Virus record (IMG/VR): IMGVR_UViG_3300012952_000026
Location: 1 to 55,764 of that record
DNA: 55,764 bases
DNA from: a virus
Lineage: Duplodnaviria; Caudoviricetes
Reading direction: 5' to 3' (one strand)
Below, piece after piece: positions 38,484-47,212 of the stretch. The translations under genes and the position numbers were made by a program. How positions within the stretch are numbered: position 1 is the first letter of the stretch; each line of letters opens with the position of its first letter. The notes beneath the pieces are model-generated. The model had not been told where the DNA came from. It did no database searches and worked only from the letters and a program-made list of their open reading frames with translations.

Positions 38484-40312
38484 TATTTCACATGTCCTAT
38501 TATATCGCTATTTGGATTAAGCAATTCAAAAATAGAGCCAACAGGTCCTACGATAAAATTGTTTTTTGTATTTGTTTCAACGTCAAATGATGTTTGAGAA
38601 TAATCACCACCAAATTTATTTGTAATAGTAAGATCAAGTAATGAAACCACACCAGGAGAATTTAAAATAATATTATAAACTTCTGACTTATTTATGGGCT
38701 GATCAATTTGCCATTTCTTAATATCAAAATATGAAATTATACTAGAATTTATTTGCTTGATTATTATATTTTTATGTAATACTCCGTCTGATACAATTTC
38801 ATAGTCAACACCAATATTAATTACAAATGCGTCCATTATATCAACGGCATCAGATATTAGTCTAAATTGATTTAAATATGTTTCAAGATTCTTTTTAAGA
38901 TTATCTGAAGAGTGTGTTAATTTTTTAGATTTATTTCTACTTATTATGAATAATTGTGTAGCCAGTGGGTTTGCTGAATTCTTTGTAATTCCTGCACGAT
39001 ATACCCTTCCAAAGTTTGACGGCATTGTATACACCCTAGAAAGTAAATCATTTTTTGTTACTATTCTATTCTGTGAGTTCATATGGCCTCTGTATTCATA
39101 TCTCATTTGGCTTAGTGATGGTTTGTCTTCTCCACCTACAGCAGCTTCATCATTTAAAACGTTTAGAGATGTTTTTATAGCTAAGTTTGCAGAATAGTTA
39201 GAATTACGATTATATTCAATAAAAAGTTTTTCAATTGTTTTAATGTTTTTTGGTCTAACATTGTGCCTTAGTCCACCGCCAAACCTGTATTTAATAAACA
39301 ACGTAGTATCATGGGGCGCCATTCCAAGGGTTGATGTAGAAAGCATGTTAGATGGATCAATTGAGATTTTTGGAAAATTTGATTTGCCGTATAGGGGCAT
39401 TGAAAATTCACTTGGATCGGGAATAAAGTCGTTATCTAATGATGAAGCATTTCCTGATCCAAATGTCAGTGTGGTAAAACCCGTCTCTCTACTTAGTTCT
39501 CTTGTAAACCTATAAGGTGCAGGCATTATTTCAAGGTTTGCGCTTACAACATCGTAATCATAATCCTTATTTTGAACCTCTTTAAAAACAACATCTTGTG
39601 ATAGGTACTCAACCTCATAGTACTCGTTTCCGCTTGAGTCAACAACAGAAACAATTTCATTTATATCTTGTTCTGCTATTAATATTCGTTTAAACTGCTT
39701 AAACGGCCCAGCAGCTATTGTTTTAACTTTTGTTTCTCCTGAAACGCATAAGCCTGTCATTTTCATTATCATTGTTATTGGAATACCATCACCATTCATT
39801 TCACCAACAACAAAATCAGCTTTCCATTCATCATTTATCTTTTTGGAAAAGTCAAGATCATCCATAAGTTCAAAAATAATATCAGTGTTTGATTTCAATT
39901 GGGTTCCTGTTTGAATTATTGGCAAATAATCTTCATCAGGGACATAATTGTCGTTTATATCTTTTATAGCTGGAACTTCAATGTAAAATGAAACATAAAC
40001 AATGGCGGGTGCCGCCGCTCTTAGTTTAACCCCTGCAGACTGCAATAGTTTTTCAACATTTTTCGTTTCTACAGCTGTATCTATGTTTAATTCACCAAAT
40101 TGATGATCTAAATAAAATGACATTGTATCACCAACTGATGCTGCCATGTCTAATAATAGGCCACCAACTGATGCATCTGAAAAATCCCTTATTTGGTCTG
40201 AGAAATAAATGGTTGCGTACCTAATTAGATCGCCTCTCATTGCATCAAAATCACGCCCAAAAAAACTGCGCATTCTTTTCTTTGATATTCCATCAACTAT
40301 TTTTTTTGACAT
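38483..40312 (-). CDS. gp6: Baseplate wedge protein (T4 gp6/baseplate J-like)
   Basis: RDFDAMRGDLIRY...DFSDASVGGLLLDMAASVGDTMSFYLD...FGSG...YRFGGG...AVGGEDK...QNRIVTKND. Confidence 0.85.
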   Translation of the reverse strand: MSKKIVDGISKKRMRSFFGRDFDAMRGDLIRYATIYFSDQIRDFSDASVGGLLLDMAASVGDTMSFYLDHQFGELNIDTAVETKNVEKLLQSAGVKLRAAAPAIVYVSFYIEVPAIKDINDNYVPDEDYLPIIQTGTQLKSNTDIIFELMDDLDFSKKINDEWKADFVVGEMNGDGIPITMIMKMTGLCVSGETKVKTIAAGPFKQFKRILIAEQDINEIVSVVDSSGNEYYEVEYLSQDVVFKEVQNKDYDYDVVSANLEIMPAPYRFTRELSRETGFTTLTFGSGNASSLDNDFIPDPSEFSMPLYGKSNFPKISIDPSNMLSTSTLGMAPHDTTLFIKYRFGGGLRHNVRPKNIKTIEKLFIEYNRNSNYSANLAIKTSLNVLNDEAAVGGEDKPSLSQMRYEYRGHMNSQNRIVTKNDLLSRVYTMPSNFGRVYRAGITKNSANPLATQLFIISRNKSKKLTHSSDNLKKNLETYLNQFRLISDAVDIMDAFVINIGVDYEIVSDGVLHKNIIIKQINSSIISYFDIKKWQIDQPINKSEVYNIILNSPGVVSLLDLTITNKFGGDYSQTSFDVETNTKNNFIVGPVGSIFELLNPNSDIIGHVK

Positions 40313-40325
40313 ATTTAATTCCTAT

Positions 40326-40796
40326 TTAACTAATTGGCTGTAATTCAACTTCTAATTTTTTATTTGACACTGCAGCTGTTGGTACGCTGTATGTAATTAA
40401 TATTAAAGTAGCAGCAACACCTGTCACTTCATCAATCTTACCAACCCTTGACTCGAAATCACCTAACTCTATATATGGCATAAAATTCTTGACAGATGTT
40501 GCTATTCTTTTCATTGCAGCTTCATCAAAATCTTCCTGCGATAATTTTTCAGATAATAGCGGCCTAATATTTGCACCAAAATTATAATTACCTAATCGTT
40601 CACCTAAATTAGTAAATATAAGATTTTTTAGGTTATCATGAATTTGTCCACGCATATCTGTAGACATTTCAAATAGCTCACCATCACCTTTTCGCACAGG
40701 CGTTTTTATCCCATATGGAAGTTCGAAAGTCCGAGACGATTTAAATTTCTCTGAGTCTTGTGTTTCTCCAACACTTTTAAAACTAATAGCAGACAT
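40326..40796 (-). CDS. gp25: Baseplate wedge/sheath initiator (T4 gp25-like)
   Basis: QIHDNLKNLIFTNLGERLGNYNFGANIRPLLSE...VKNFMPYI. Confidence 0.88.
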   Translation of the reverse strand: MSAISFKSVGETQDSEKFKSSRTFELPYGIKTPVRKGDGELFEMSTDMRGQIHDNLKNLIFTNLGERLGNYNFGANIRPLLSEKLSQEDFDEAAMKRIATSVKNFMPYIELGDFESRVGKIDEVTGVAATLILITYSVPTAAVSNKKLEVELQPIS

Positions 40797-40813
40797 AAAA
40801 TAAAACCCTTTAT

Positions 40814-40820
40814 TAAATAT
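40814..40820 (-). promoter_or_regulatory. Putative late promoter motif ATATTTA
   Basis: Recurrent motif about 18 nt upstream of the gp25-like ATG. Confidence 0.45.
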
Positions 40821-40880
40821 AATGCATAAAAAATATTATGTTATTAAATTATGCCTGTTCCATCATAGGTAAAATATTTA

Positions 40881-42221
40881 TTATTCAACTTTTATTATTT
40901 CACTAAGATTTTCTTCTGCTTGCAATTTTGCTTGAAACTCTGTTAGCGCTGTTAATATTTTTGGTGATAAAATCCCAGGACCTACACCAGTTGCAACAAA
41001 TTGAGGTGCATTTGTAATCATTTCAGAAACTACTGCAAGTATCATTTCATTTAACGTATTTCCTATTACAGCTTTTTCTACACTAGCATCAGACGCGCCA
41101 ATTCTAATTTGACCGTCTTCTGCGCATTGAATTTGTATATTACCGTTTTCATCCATGACAATACTTGATCCAGATTCATGAACTATTCTAACAGTCCCCT
41201 CTGCACGACCTATCATTAATTGATTTGTAGATTTTGATACAATTGCTGGTAATATTTTTTCTTCTGAACCTGTTTTCATTGAATATGACGTGTTAAGCGG
41301 CAAGTCTTCGTCAAGGCTTTTTACATCTATTTTAAATTTATCGTCGATGTCTGAATTCATTGTCACAACTATTCTTGAAGAATCATTTACGTAATCGTAA
41401 ACACCCTCTTGCATGTTTTGTTTTCCAGATTGCTTATCGGTTTCTTGAAAATTTCTTGCATTTGACGCGATAGGGTTTGGTTTTGTAGAATCATCCATTC
41501 CTCGTCCGGCAACAATATTTATAGTGCCTATATGCTCTTTTTTACCAGTAGTTGAATCAGTACCCAATTCAATTAGAGTATTGTTTGAGCCTTGCAATGA
41601 AAAATCTGCAGGTTTTGTTTTATGTCTTGGAATTGCCTCACCTTTAAAATGCGCAAATGAATCAGTTCTAGATATATCTAATGCTGTTGTAAATTTTGGA
41701 GATGGCTTTTCTGAAACAGGTGGAAATGAAAAAGATTTCGGACTTGATTCCTTTGGAGGATTCCCCTTAAATTTGTCAACGGTTTCTGTTTTTCCTTTGT
41801 CAGGTGTAATTGTTCTATTTCTTAAGTTTGCTGTATAATTTGCATCTTCATACTTTGATACAGAGTGCTTTCTTGACAAATAAAAACATTGACCTGCTTC
41901 ATCTTGCATACACCATGCAACTTCGCCTGCCTTTATTGGATATGAAATATGTGATGAAAAAAATGGTAAAACAACCTTAATTAATTCACCCTCTGGTTTT
42001 CCGTCGGCTAACTTAACGGCAAGGATAGATCCTGCCGGCATTTTTTCTAATGCGTCTGGGAACTCCATAAGTGGCTTAAAATTATTTAAAGTTGATAACT
42101 TTACTGTACTTGGATCCGTAATAACGTCAATAACATACATAGAAAAAAACGCAGAAGGGCTTTTTTCGTTTGTTTCTGTTTGTTTTCCTAACGTTTTGGA
42201 TTTTCTTGCAAAATCAGTCAT
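40881..42221 (-). CDS. Baseplate hub/central spike protein (gp5/VgrG-like)
   Basis: OB-fold-like PFFSSHISYPIKAGEVAW, LQGSNNTLIELG, beta-repeat HESGSSIVMDENGNIQI and C-terminal AVIGNTL...TGVGP; directly upstream of the gp25-like gene. Confidence 0.65.
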   Translation of the reverse strand: MTDFARKSKTLGKQTETNEKSPSAFFSMYVIDVITDPSTVKLSTLNNFKPLMEFPDALEKMPAGSILAVKLADGKPEGELIKVVLPFFSSHISYPIKAGEVAWCMQDEAGQCFYLSRKHSVSKYEDANYTANLRNRTITPDKGKTETVDKFKGNPPKESSPKSFSFPPVSEKPSPKFTTALDISRTDSFAHFKGEAIPRHKTKPADFSLQGSNNTLIELGTDSTTGKKEHIGTINIVAGRGMDDSTKPNPIASNARNFQETDKQSGKQNMQEGVYDYVNDSSRIVVTMNSDIDDKFKIDVKSLDEDLPLNTSYSMKTGSEEKILPAIVSKSTNQLMIGRAEGTVRIVHESGSSIVMDENGNIQIQCAEDGQIRIGASDASVEKAVIGNTLNEMILAVVSEMITNAPQFVATGVGPGILSPKILTALTEFQAKLQAEENLSEIIKVE

Positions 42222-42224
42222 AGC

Positions 42225-42593
42225 TTATTCCATTATTGTATTATAAATATCATCTGGATTAATCTGTGCACCCTGTTCCTCTGCTTTTGATATTAACTCT
42301 GCAAGTTTTAAAATTTGATCATTTGATTTACCCATTCTCTCTAAGTATTTTGAAGCTATTGAACCTGCAACTGAATGCTGGGCAGCGCCGGAAAGATCTT
42401 TAAATAAATCTGCAAATAAAAATGATGCACATTCACGATCATTTAATGCATTCTCATATATCTCTTTCCAAAGGAACTTTCTTTTATCTTCAAGTGATTC
42501 TATTGAATCAAGTAAATCTGAAAACTGTTTTACTTTTTTATCTTTGTCATTTACTTTTGTAAGCTCTTCACTAATTCTATCTAATTTTGACAT
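42225..42593 (-). CDS. Hypothetical helical protein
   Basis: 122-aa ORF tightly packed between the sigma factor and the gp5-like gene. Confidence 0.8.
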   Translation of the reverse strand: MSKLDRISEELTKVNDKDKKVKQFSDLLDSIESLEDKRKFLWKEIYENALNDRECASFLFADLFKDLSGAAQHSVAGSIASKYLERMGKSNDQILKLAELISKAEEQGAQINPDDIYNTIME

Positions 42594-42598
42594 TGTTT

Positions 42599-43333
42599 CT
42601 ACCTAAAAAATATATCAAATTGATCATTTTTCTTAATTGACCTATAATGGCGTCTTATCGCTGACATCGCAACAGACAATTGTTTTGGATTTAGTCCTGA
42701 TAAATCTCTTAAATACACAAAGACCGCTCTTTTGTTTAAAAAATCTAAATCATCAATACTGGAAAATAATGTTATTATGGCGTCTATGCATGCAATTTCA
42801 TTTGCGCCGTCAAGCCTTCCTTTTATTTCATCTAGCAACGTAAATAAATTCTCTATAGCATTCTTTTTTAACATTGCTGCATCTTGTGATTCTGCTATTG
42901 AATGTGTTTCAATCGCAACTTTGTCGCGATGACTTAATATTTCTACATCGTCAATTGACACTGAGCGTTTTAATTCGCGTGTATTTTTCTTTGATCTGAT
43001 TATTAACCAATTCTTTGCCACAACATTAAAATAAGAAAACGCCTTTGAACCCTTTGATGGATCAAACTTATTAAGTGTTTCGTATAAAAAAGTAACACAA
43101 TCATTTTTTAAATCTTCGTATGAACCAGTTAATGATTTAAACCCATGAATAAAAATAAGATTTTCAACCAACTTATTAAAAGGTTGCTTAATTCTTGTCA
43201 CATATATTTCGTGCCGCTCTTCTTCTGTTTCTGCTTTTTGGAACTCACAAATCGCATCATGGGCAGGGCGACCAAAATACATTTTAGTTCCTTTTCGTTT
43301 CCCCCGTTTTCTTGAAACTCGTCTTGTTATCAA
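42599..43333 (-). CDS. gp55: Phage late-type sigma factor (T4 gp55-like, region 2 dominated)
   Basis: Sigma region 2 signature YEDLKNDCVTFLYETLNKFDPSKGSKAFSYFNVVAKN; no canonical region-4 HTH recognised; TTGA overlap with the upstream gene. Confidence 0.75.
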   Translation of the reverse strand: MITRRVSRKRGKRKGTKMYFGRPAHDAICEFQKAETEEERHEIYVTRIKQPFNKLVENLIFIHGFKSLTGSYEDLKNDCVTFLYETLNKFDPSKGSKAFSYFNVVAKNWLIIRSKKNTRELKRSVSIDDVEILSHRDKVAIETHSIAESQDAAMLKKNAIENLFTLLDEIKGRLDGANEIACIDAIITLFSSIDDLDFLNKRAVFVYLRDLSGLNPKQLSVAMSAIRRHYRSIKKNDQFDIFFR

Positions 43334-43659
43334 TTGTTTGCCTCTTCTTCTTCAACATCTATATCTTCGCTTTTAAAGTCTTCTATTATATAATTTGAAA
43401 TATTTAAAAATGTTGACCTAACATTATCTATACTTGCTATTACTTGTCTAACCTCAACACTGTCGAAAAATACAGGTTTTTCAAGTATTTTTGATATTTC
43501 CATGTATTCCTCATCTATTGAATCTAAAATGTTTGTTAATTTCTCTTCTGTTCTTAATATTATCATTGCAAATTTAATTGAAAAATAAACAGATAAAATG
43601 CAAAACAATACAAGCAATCCTATAATATATAAGTGATAATGTGAAATAAAATTAATCAT
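43330..43659 (-). CDS. Small membrane-anchored hypothetical protein
   Basis: N-terminal hydrophobic helix (YIIGLLVLFCILSVYFSIKFAMII) followed by an acidic helical region. Confidence 0.75.
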   Translation of the reverse strand: MINFISHYHLYIIGLLVLFCILSVYFSIKFAMIILRTEEKLTNILDSIDEEYMEISKILEKPVFFDSVEVRQVIASIDNVRSTFLNISNYIIEDFKSEDIDVEEEEANN

Positions 43660-43660
43660 T

Positions 43661-44827
43661 TTATAAAATATTTTTTTGAATTAGGTTGTCATATTGTTTT
43701 GAAATTGCAGAAAAAGAGTATTTTTGTTTTATTTTTTCAGATAACTTATTTGATTTTGATTTGATTCCTTTTCTATTTTTATAGAAGTTTTTTACTTTGT
43801 TTTTAAAATCTTGTTCATTTACTTCGGCCCACTTTAATCCATTTACAAATATATTATTATCTATTTTTCTTTTATCAACTTCTTTTAATTCATAATCTAG
43901 TTTAATAAATGATCCAAGATTAAGAAAGTCTAGGTGTCCTGACCAGTTTGTAGCAACCACAGGAAGTGATGATGCCGCTGCCTCAAGCAATGGTAAACCG
44001 AAACCCTCACCTCTTGTTGCAGAAACTATTGCATTTATTTTTTTATTTTTGTATACTGCTGCAATTTCACTAGGCGTCATATTACCATGCAGCACATGTA
44101 TTTTTGGGTATTGTCCTACCCTTACTTCTTTTATTAATTTTCTTATAATATTTGTAGTTATTGCTTTGTCAATTTTTGTTGATCTGCCAGAATTAGTCTT
44201 AAAAACTATACCTACGTCACTATTATCTTTAAATTCTTCACAAAGCCACTTAATAGTATTGAATAAATTTTTTCTGTCTGTTTCTGGCTTAAATCCTGTA
44301 AATTGTCCAAATACCAAAAAATTAAATTTAGTGTCAATATTCAAATCAATATGTTGAATTTCATTGTCAATTGATTCATGATATGACTCTCCTATAACAA
44401 TTATTTTCGTAGTAACATCTATACCAGTATCATAAATAGTTTTTTTAACAAACTGTGATGGAACAATTACAAGGTCCATATTGTTTATTTTTCTTATCCA
44501 TGCTGGATTACATTTATCTGTTTCAACAAGAGCAGTCACACCAATATTAAACTTTGCTAATTTTGGATCCCACTCATTAGGAAGTTGAATTTGAAATGAT
44601 ATATCAAATGTAGCTGTGTCAGAAACTGATGCATTTAATATTTTACCAATAAGTCCTTCTTCTGCATCATGGTTTAATAACCACGGTGTATTTCCCCAAT
44701 TCACAATTTGCGATGTTACATTAAAATCATTCTTACTAAATAAATATTTTATTATTTGCCTTGAATGAACTCCATATCCTGACTGGCTTAACAACGGTGC
44801 TCTAATTACTACATTTTTTTTATTCAT
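43661..44827 (-). CDS. GT-B glycosyltransferase (family 4-like)
   Basis: SGYGVHSR, DRKNL and RGEGFGLPLLEAAASSLPVVAT; ATG 44827 forms an ATGA overlap with the upstream glycosyltransferase. Confidence 0.9.
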   Translation of the reverse strand: MNKKNVVIRAPLLSQSGYGVHSRQIIKYLFSKNDFNVTSQIVNWGNTPWLLNHDAEEGLIGKILNASVSDTATFDISFQIQLPNEWDPKLAKFNIGVTALVETDKCNPAWIRKINNMDLVIVPSQFVKKTIYDTGIDVTTKIIVIGESYHESIDNEIQHIDLNIDTKFNFLVFGQFTGFKPETDRKNLFNTIKWLCEEFKDNSDVGIVFKTNSGRSTKIDKAITTNIIRKLIKEVRVGQYPKIHVLHGNMTPSEIAAVYKNKKINAIVSATRGEGFGLPLLEAAASSLPVVATNWSGHLDFLNLGSFIKLDYELKEVDKRKIDNNIFVNGLKWAEVNEQDFKNKVKNFYKNRKGIKSKSNKLSEKIKQKYSFSAISKQYDNLIQKNIL

Positions 44828-46062
44828 AGTGTTGTTACATCCCATGGTTTATAATCATTTTTCCAATTATTAATTGTTTCTTTTAGAGAATTATGCCACA
44901 AATCAACTGTAGTTTTAAGATTAAACTCAGATTTTACATAGTCGATTACCTTGTTTGACATCTCTGCTTTCTTATTTTCATCATATGAATATACTTCAAA
45001 AATACCGTTTGCTATATCTTCTATTGAAGAATAATCTTCATAAATATATGGCACTTGCTGAGCACCTGCTAACGTTTTTGTTGTGATATCTATAGCAGCA
45101 CCATTGACAGATCCATCCCTATGGTCAATAACTTGCCGTGTTAATCCACCAGTTTTTGCTGCAATAATAGGTACACCACACTGCATTGCCTCAAGTGTTG
45201 AAAGACCAAAACCTTCTGAGAAACTTATATTAATACATGCATCTGAAATATTATACAGCACATTTATTTTTTCAAAATCAAGCCTATCCCTTGAAAAAAA
45301 TACTGTATCTTTTATCCCAAGATGCTCTGAAACCTTGTATAGGTTTGGTCCCTCTTTGTCATATGGATCTGTATGCATGATTAATACTGCATCATTTTTA
45401 TTTGTTTTTTCTAAAAATGCTTTCCATGCGACCAATAAATCGCCTGGTCTTTTTCGTTTAGCGTTTCTATTATTCCAAATTACAACAAAATGATTTTCAC
45501 GCTCTGGGCCCAAAATATTTCGCTTGTATTGCTTGATTGATTCGTCTGGAAGTTTATGAAATATAGATTCAGGAACTGCGTGAGGTATAAAGTTTACCCT
45601 TGGGTGCTCTAAATTTTCAGAAAGCATTTTATATGTTATATATGAATGGCAATTAATTGTGTCTGTAGATTCATAGAGTGATCTATTGAATTCTGGAAAC
45701 GGATAATTGTCCCAAACATGCCAATATGCAATTGGGCAGACCTGATGAATTTCATCTTCCATCTCCCATAACCAAATAAAAAACCTGGGGTCAGTAAAAA
45801 TAAAAATAAGATCAGGCTTTTCGGTTGCTAATGTAAGCCTAATTAAATTTCTATCACCGAAGCCATCTATAGGTTTAATTACGAAATCATCATTAACATG
45901 AACTGGTTTATAGTCAGCATGTTTCATTGCTGCACCAAACTGCCTAAATGTCCATTCGTTTTTCTGAAGTAAACCATTAATAAGGTGACGAGTTTGTGTC
46001 CCTACACCTGAAGTAGAGAGTGCATGATCAGATAGCACTAATATCTTTTTCTTTTTTTGCAT
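44824..46062 (-). CDS. GT-B glycosyltransferase (family 4-like)
   Basis: SGVGTQ, RNAKRK and SEGFGLSTLEAMQCGVPII. Confidence 0.9.
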   Translation of the reverse strand: MQKKKKILVLSDHALSTSGVGTQTRHLINGLLQKNEWTFRQFGAAMKHADYKPVHVNDDFVIKPIDGFGDRNLIRLTLATEKPDLIFIFTDPRFFIWLWEMEDEIHQVCPIAYWHVWDNYPFPEFNRSLYESTDTINCHSYITYKMLSENLEHPRVNFIPHAVPESIFHKLPDESIKQYKRNILGPERENHFVVIWNNRNAKRKRPGDLLVAWKAFLEKTNKNDAVLIMHTDPYDKEGPNLYKVSEHLGIKDTVFFSRDRLDFEKINVLYNISDACINISFSEGFGLSTLEAMQCGVPIIAAKTGGLTRQVIDHRDGSVNGAAIDITTKTLAGAQQVPYIYEDYSSIEDIANGIFEVYSYDENKKAEMSNKVIDYVKSEFNLKTTVDLWHNSLKETINNWKNDYKPWDVTTL

Positions 46063-46088
46063 TTGTTATATTACCCTACGACTTAAAC

Positions 46089-46116
46089 ATTATATCAAAA
46101 TTAAAAAAAATTTAAA
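46089..46116 (-). promoter_or_regulatory. Putative sigma70-type promoter TTTAAA-N16-TATAAT
   Basis: Perfect -10 box upstream of the glycosyltransferase operon; AT-rich background lowers significance. Confidence 0.3.
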
Positions 46117-46123
46117 ATAATTT

Positions 46124-46972
46124 TTAAGTGCAGTGTGGTGTGTCTTTGTATGGGCAGAATTGGCATGAATTTCTATTTTTCATTGCAAATTCACGCATAA
46201 CTGATGAAATCATATTATTCATTAACTTTACGCCTTTGGCTAAAGTTTTAGGGCCAACTGAAACAGGAACAATATCAACAATGTTTCCAATCTTTCCGCC
46301 TCGCTTAAGAAGAATAAATGCACATCTAATATCTTTTAGGTCGATATTATATTTCTTTGAATAAAAATGCTTGTATAAAACTAATTGAGCCTGAAGTTTA
46401 AAATCTTGTTTTTTATCTCTTCGCCACCCATATGCACCTGCTGTCTTCCAGTCAAGAATCCAGTAGTTATATCCTTCACCGCGTTTCTTTGGAACCTTAA
46501 TAATAGCATCAACAAACCCCTTAAACTTTACAGGTTTACCCTCAATTTCTTCATAAAGATATTCTTCAGCCTTAACTGTTTCCCAGCCAGGAAATTCTTT
46601 ATCAAGATAATCAGGTACTTCAGCCCACATATTAACAGCCCATTCACACCATTTTTCTACACCTACATCTGATGATTTCTTATACCAATTGGGTTGTTTT
46701 GCAACCCATTCAGGATCATCAAAACCATGCTTTTTAAAATCTTCTCTGATATCATTTAGAAGCTTATCTTTATTTAGATCTTTTCCTTCCAGCATGTTTT
46801 CACAGCCTTCATGAACAGCAGTTCCAAAACCAAGATAAGGTGATGGCTCAAACATATCAATTTTATCTATTTTTGCGAGTTTATGTCTCCAACTACATTC
46901 AGCCCATTCTTTAATTTCAGAAAATGAAACATGAGGCTTTCCAGTTGGTAAAATATATTGTTCTTCATCCAT
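46124..46972 (-). CDS. PD-(D/E)XK exonuclease (RecB/AddB/Cas4-like) with probable Fe-S cluster
   Basis: SFSEIKEWAEC, FGTAVH, GFVDAII, LDWKT, QLVLY and C-terminal CQFCPYKDTPHC. Confidence 0.85.
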   Translation of the reverse strand: MDEEQYILPTGKPHVSFSEIKEWAECSWRHKLAKIDKIDMFEPSPYLGFGTAVHEGCENMLEGKDLNKDKLLNDIREDFKKHGFDDPEWVAKQPNWYKKSSDVGVEKWCEWAVNMWAEVPDYLDKEFPGWETVKAEEYLYEEIEGKPVKFKGFVDAIIKVPKKRGEGYNYWILDWKTAGAYGWRRDKKQDFKLQAQLVLYKHFYSKKYNIDLKDIRCAFILLKRGGKIGNIVDIVPVSVGPKTLAKGVKLMNNMISSVMREFAMKNRNSCQFCPYKDTPHCT

Positions 46973-46994
46973 AATGTATTTTCCCGTATAGATT

Positions 46995-47022
46995 ATTATA
47001 ATATAAAATATTAAAATTTACA
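46995..47022 (-). promoter_or_regulatory. Putative sigma70-type promoter TGTAAA-N16-TATAAT
   Basis: Perfect -10 box about 23 nt upstream of the nuclease ATG. Confidence 0.35.
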
Positions 47023-47212
47023 TATTTTAAAAAACTTCTATACTGTTTTAGTATACTGTATATCAGAATATTGTATTAATATTTTTTATGTTTGTGAGTG
47101 TAACGAACAATCACATTTTTTAATATACATTACAAATATAACTGATATAATTAAAGGGAGTGTAGGGTGGGAATAGATAGAAATAACACAGAAAAATTAT
47201 TTGTATAATTTA

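Noticed and set aside
33778-42221. Bacterial contractile injection system or tailocin locus
   Set aside because: It is contiguous with DNA-packaging and replication genes and shows no bacterial housekeeping context.
46124-46972. Cas4 as evidence of a CRISPR-Cas system
   Set aside because: No array or other cas gene is in the window, and solo Cas4/RecB-like nucleases are common in phages.
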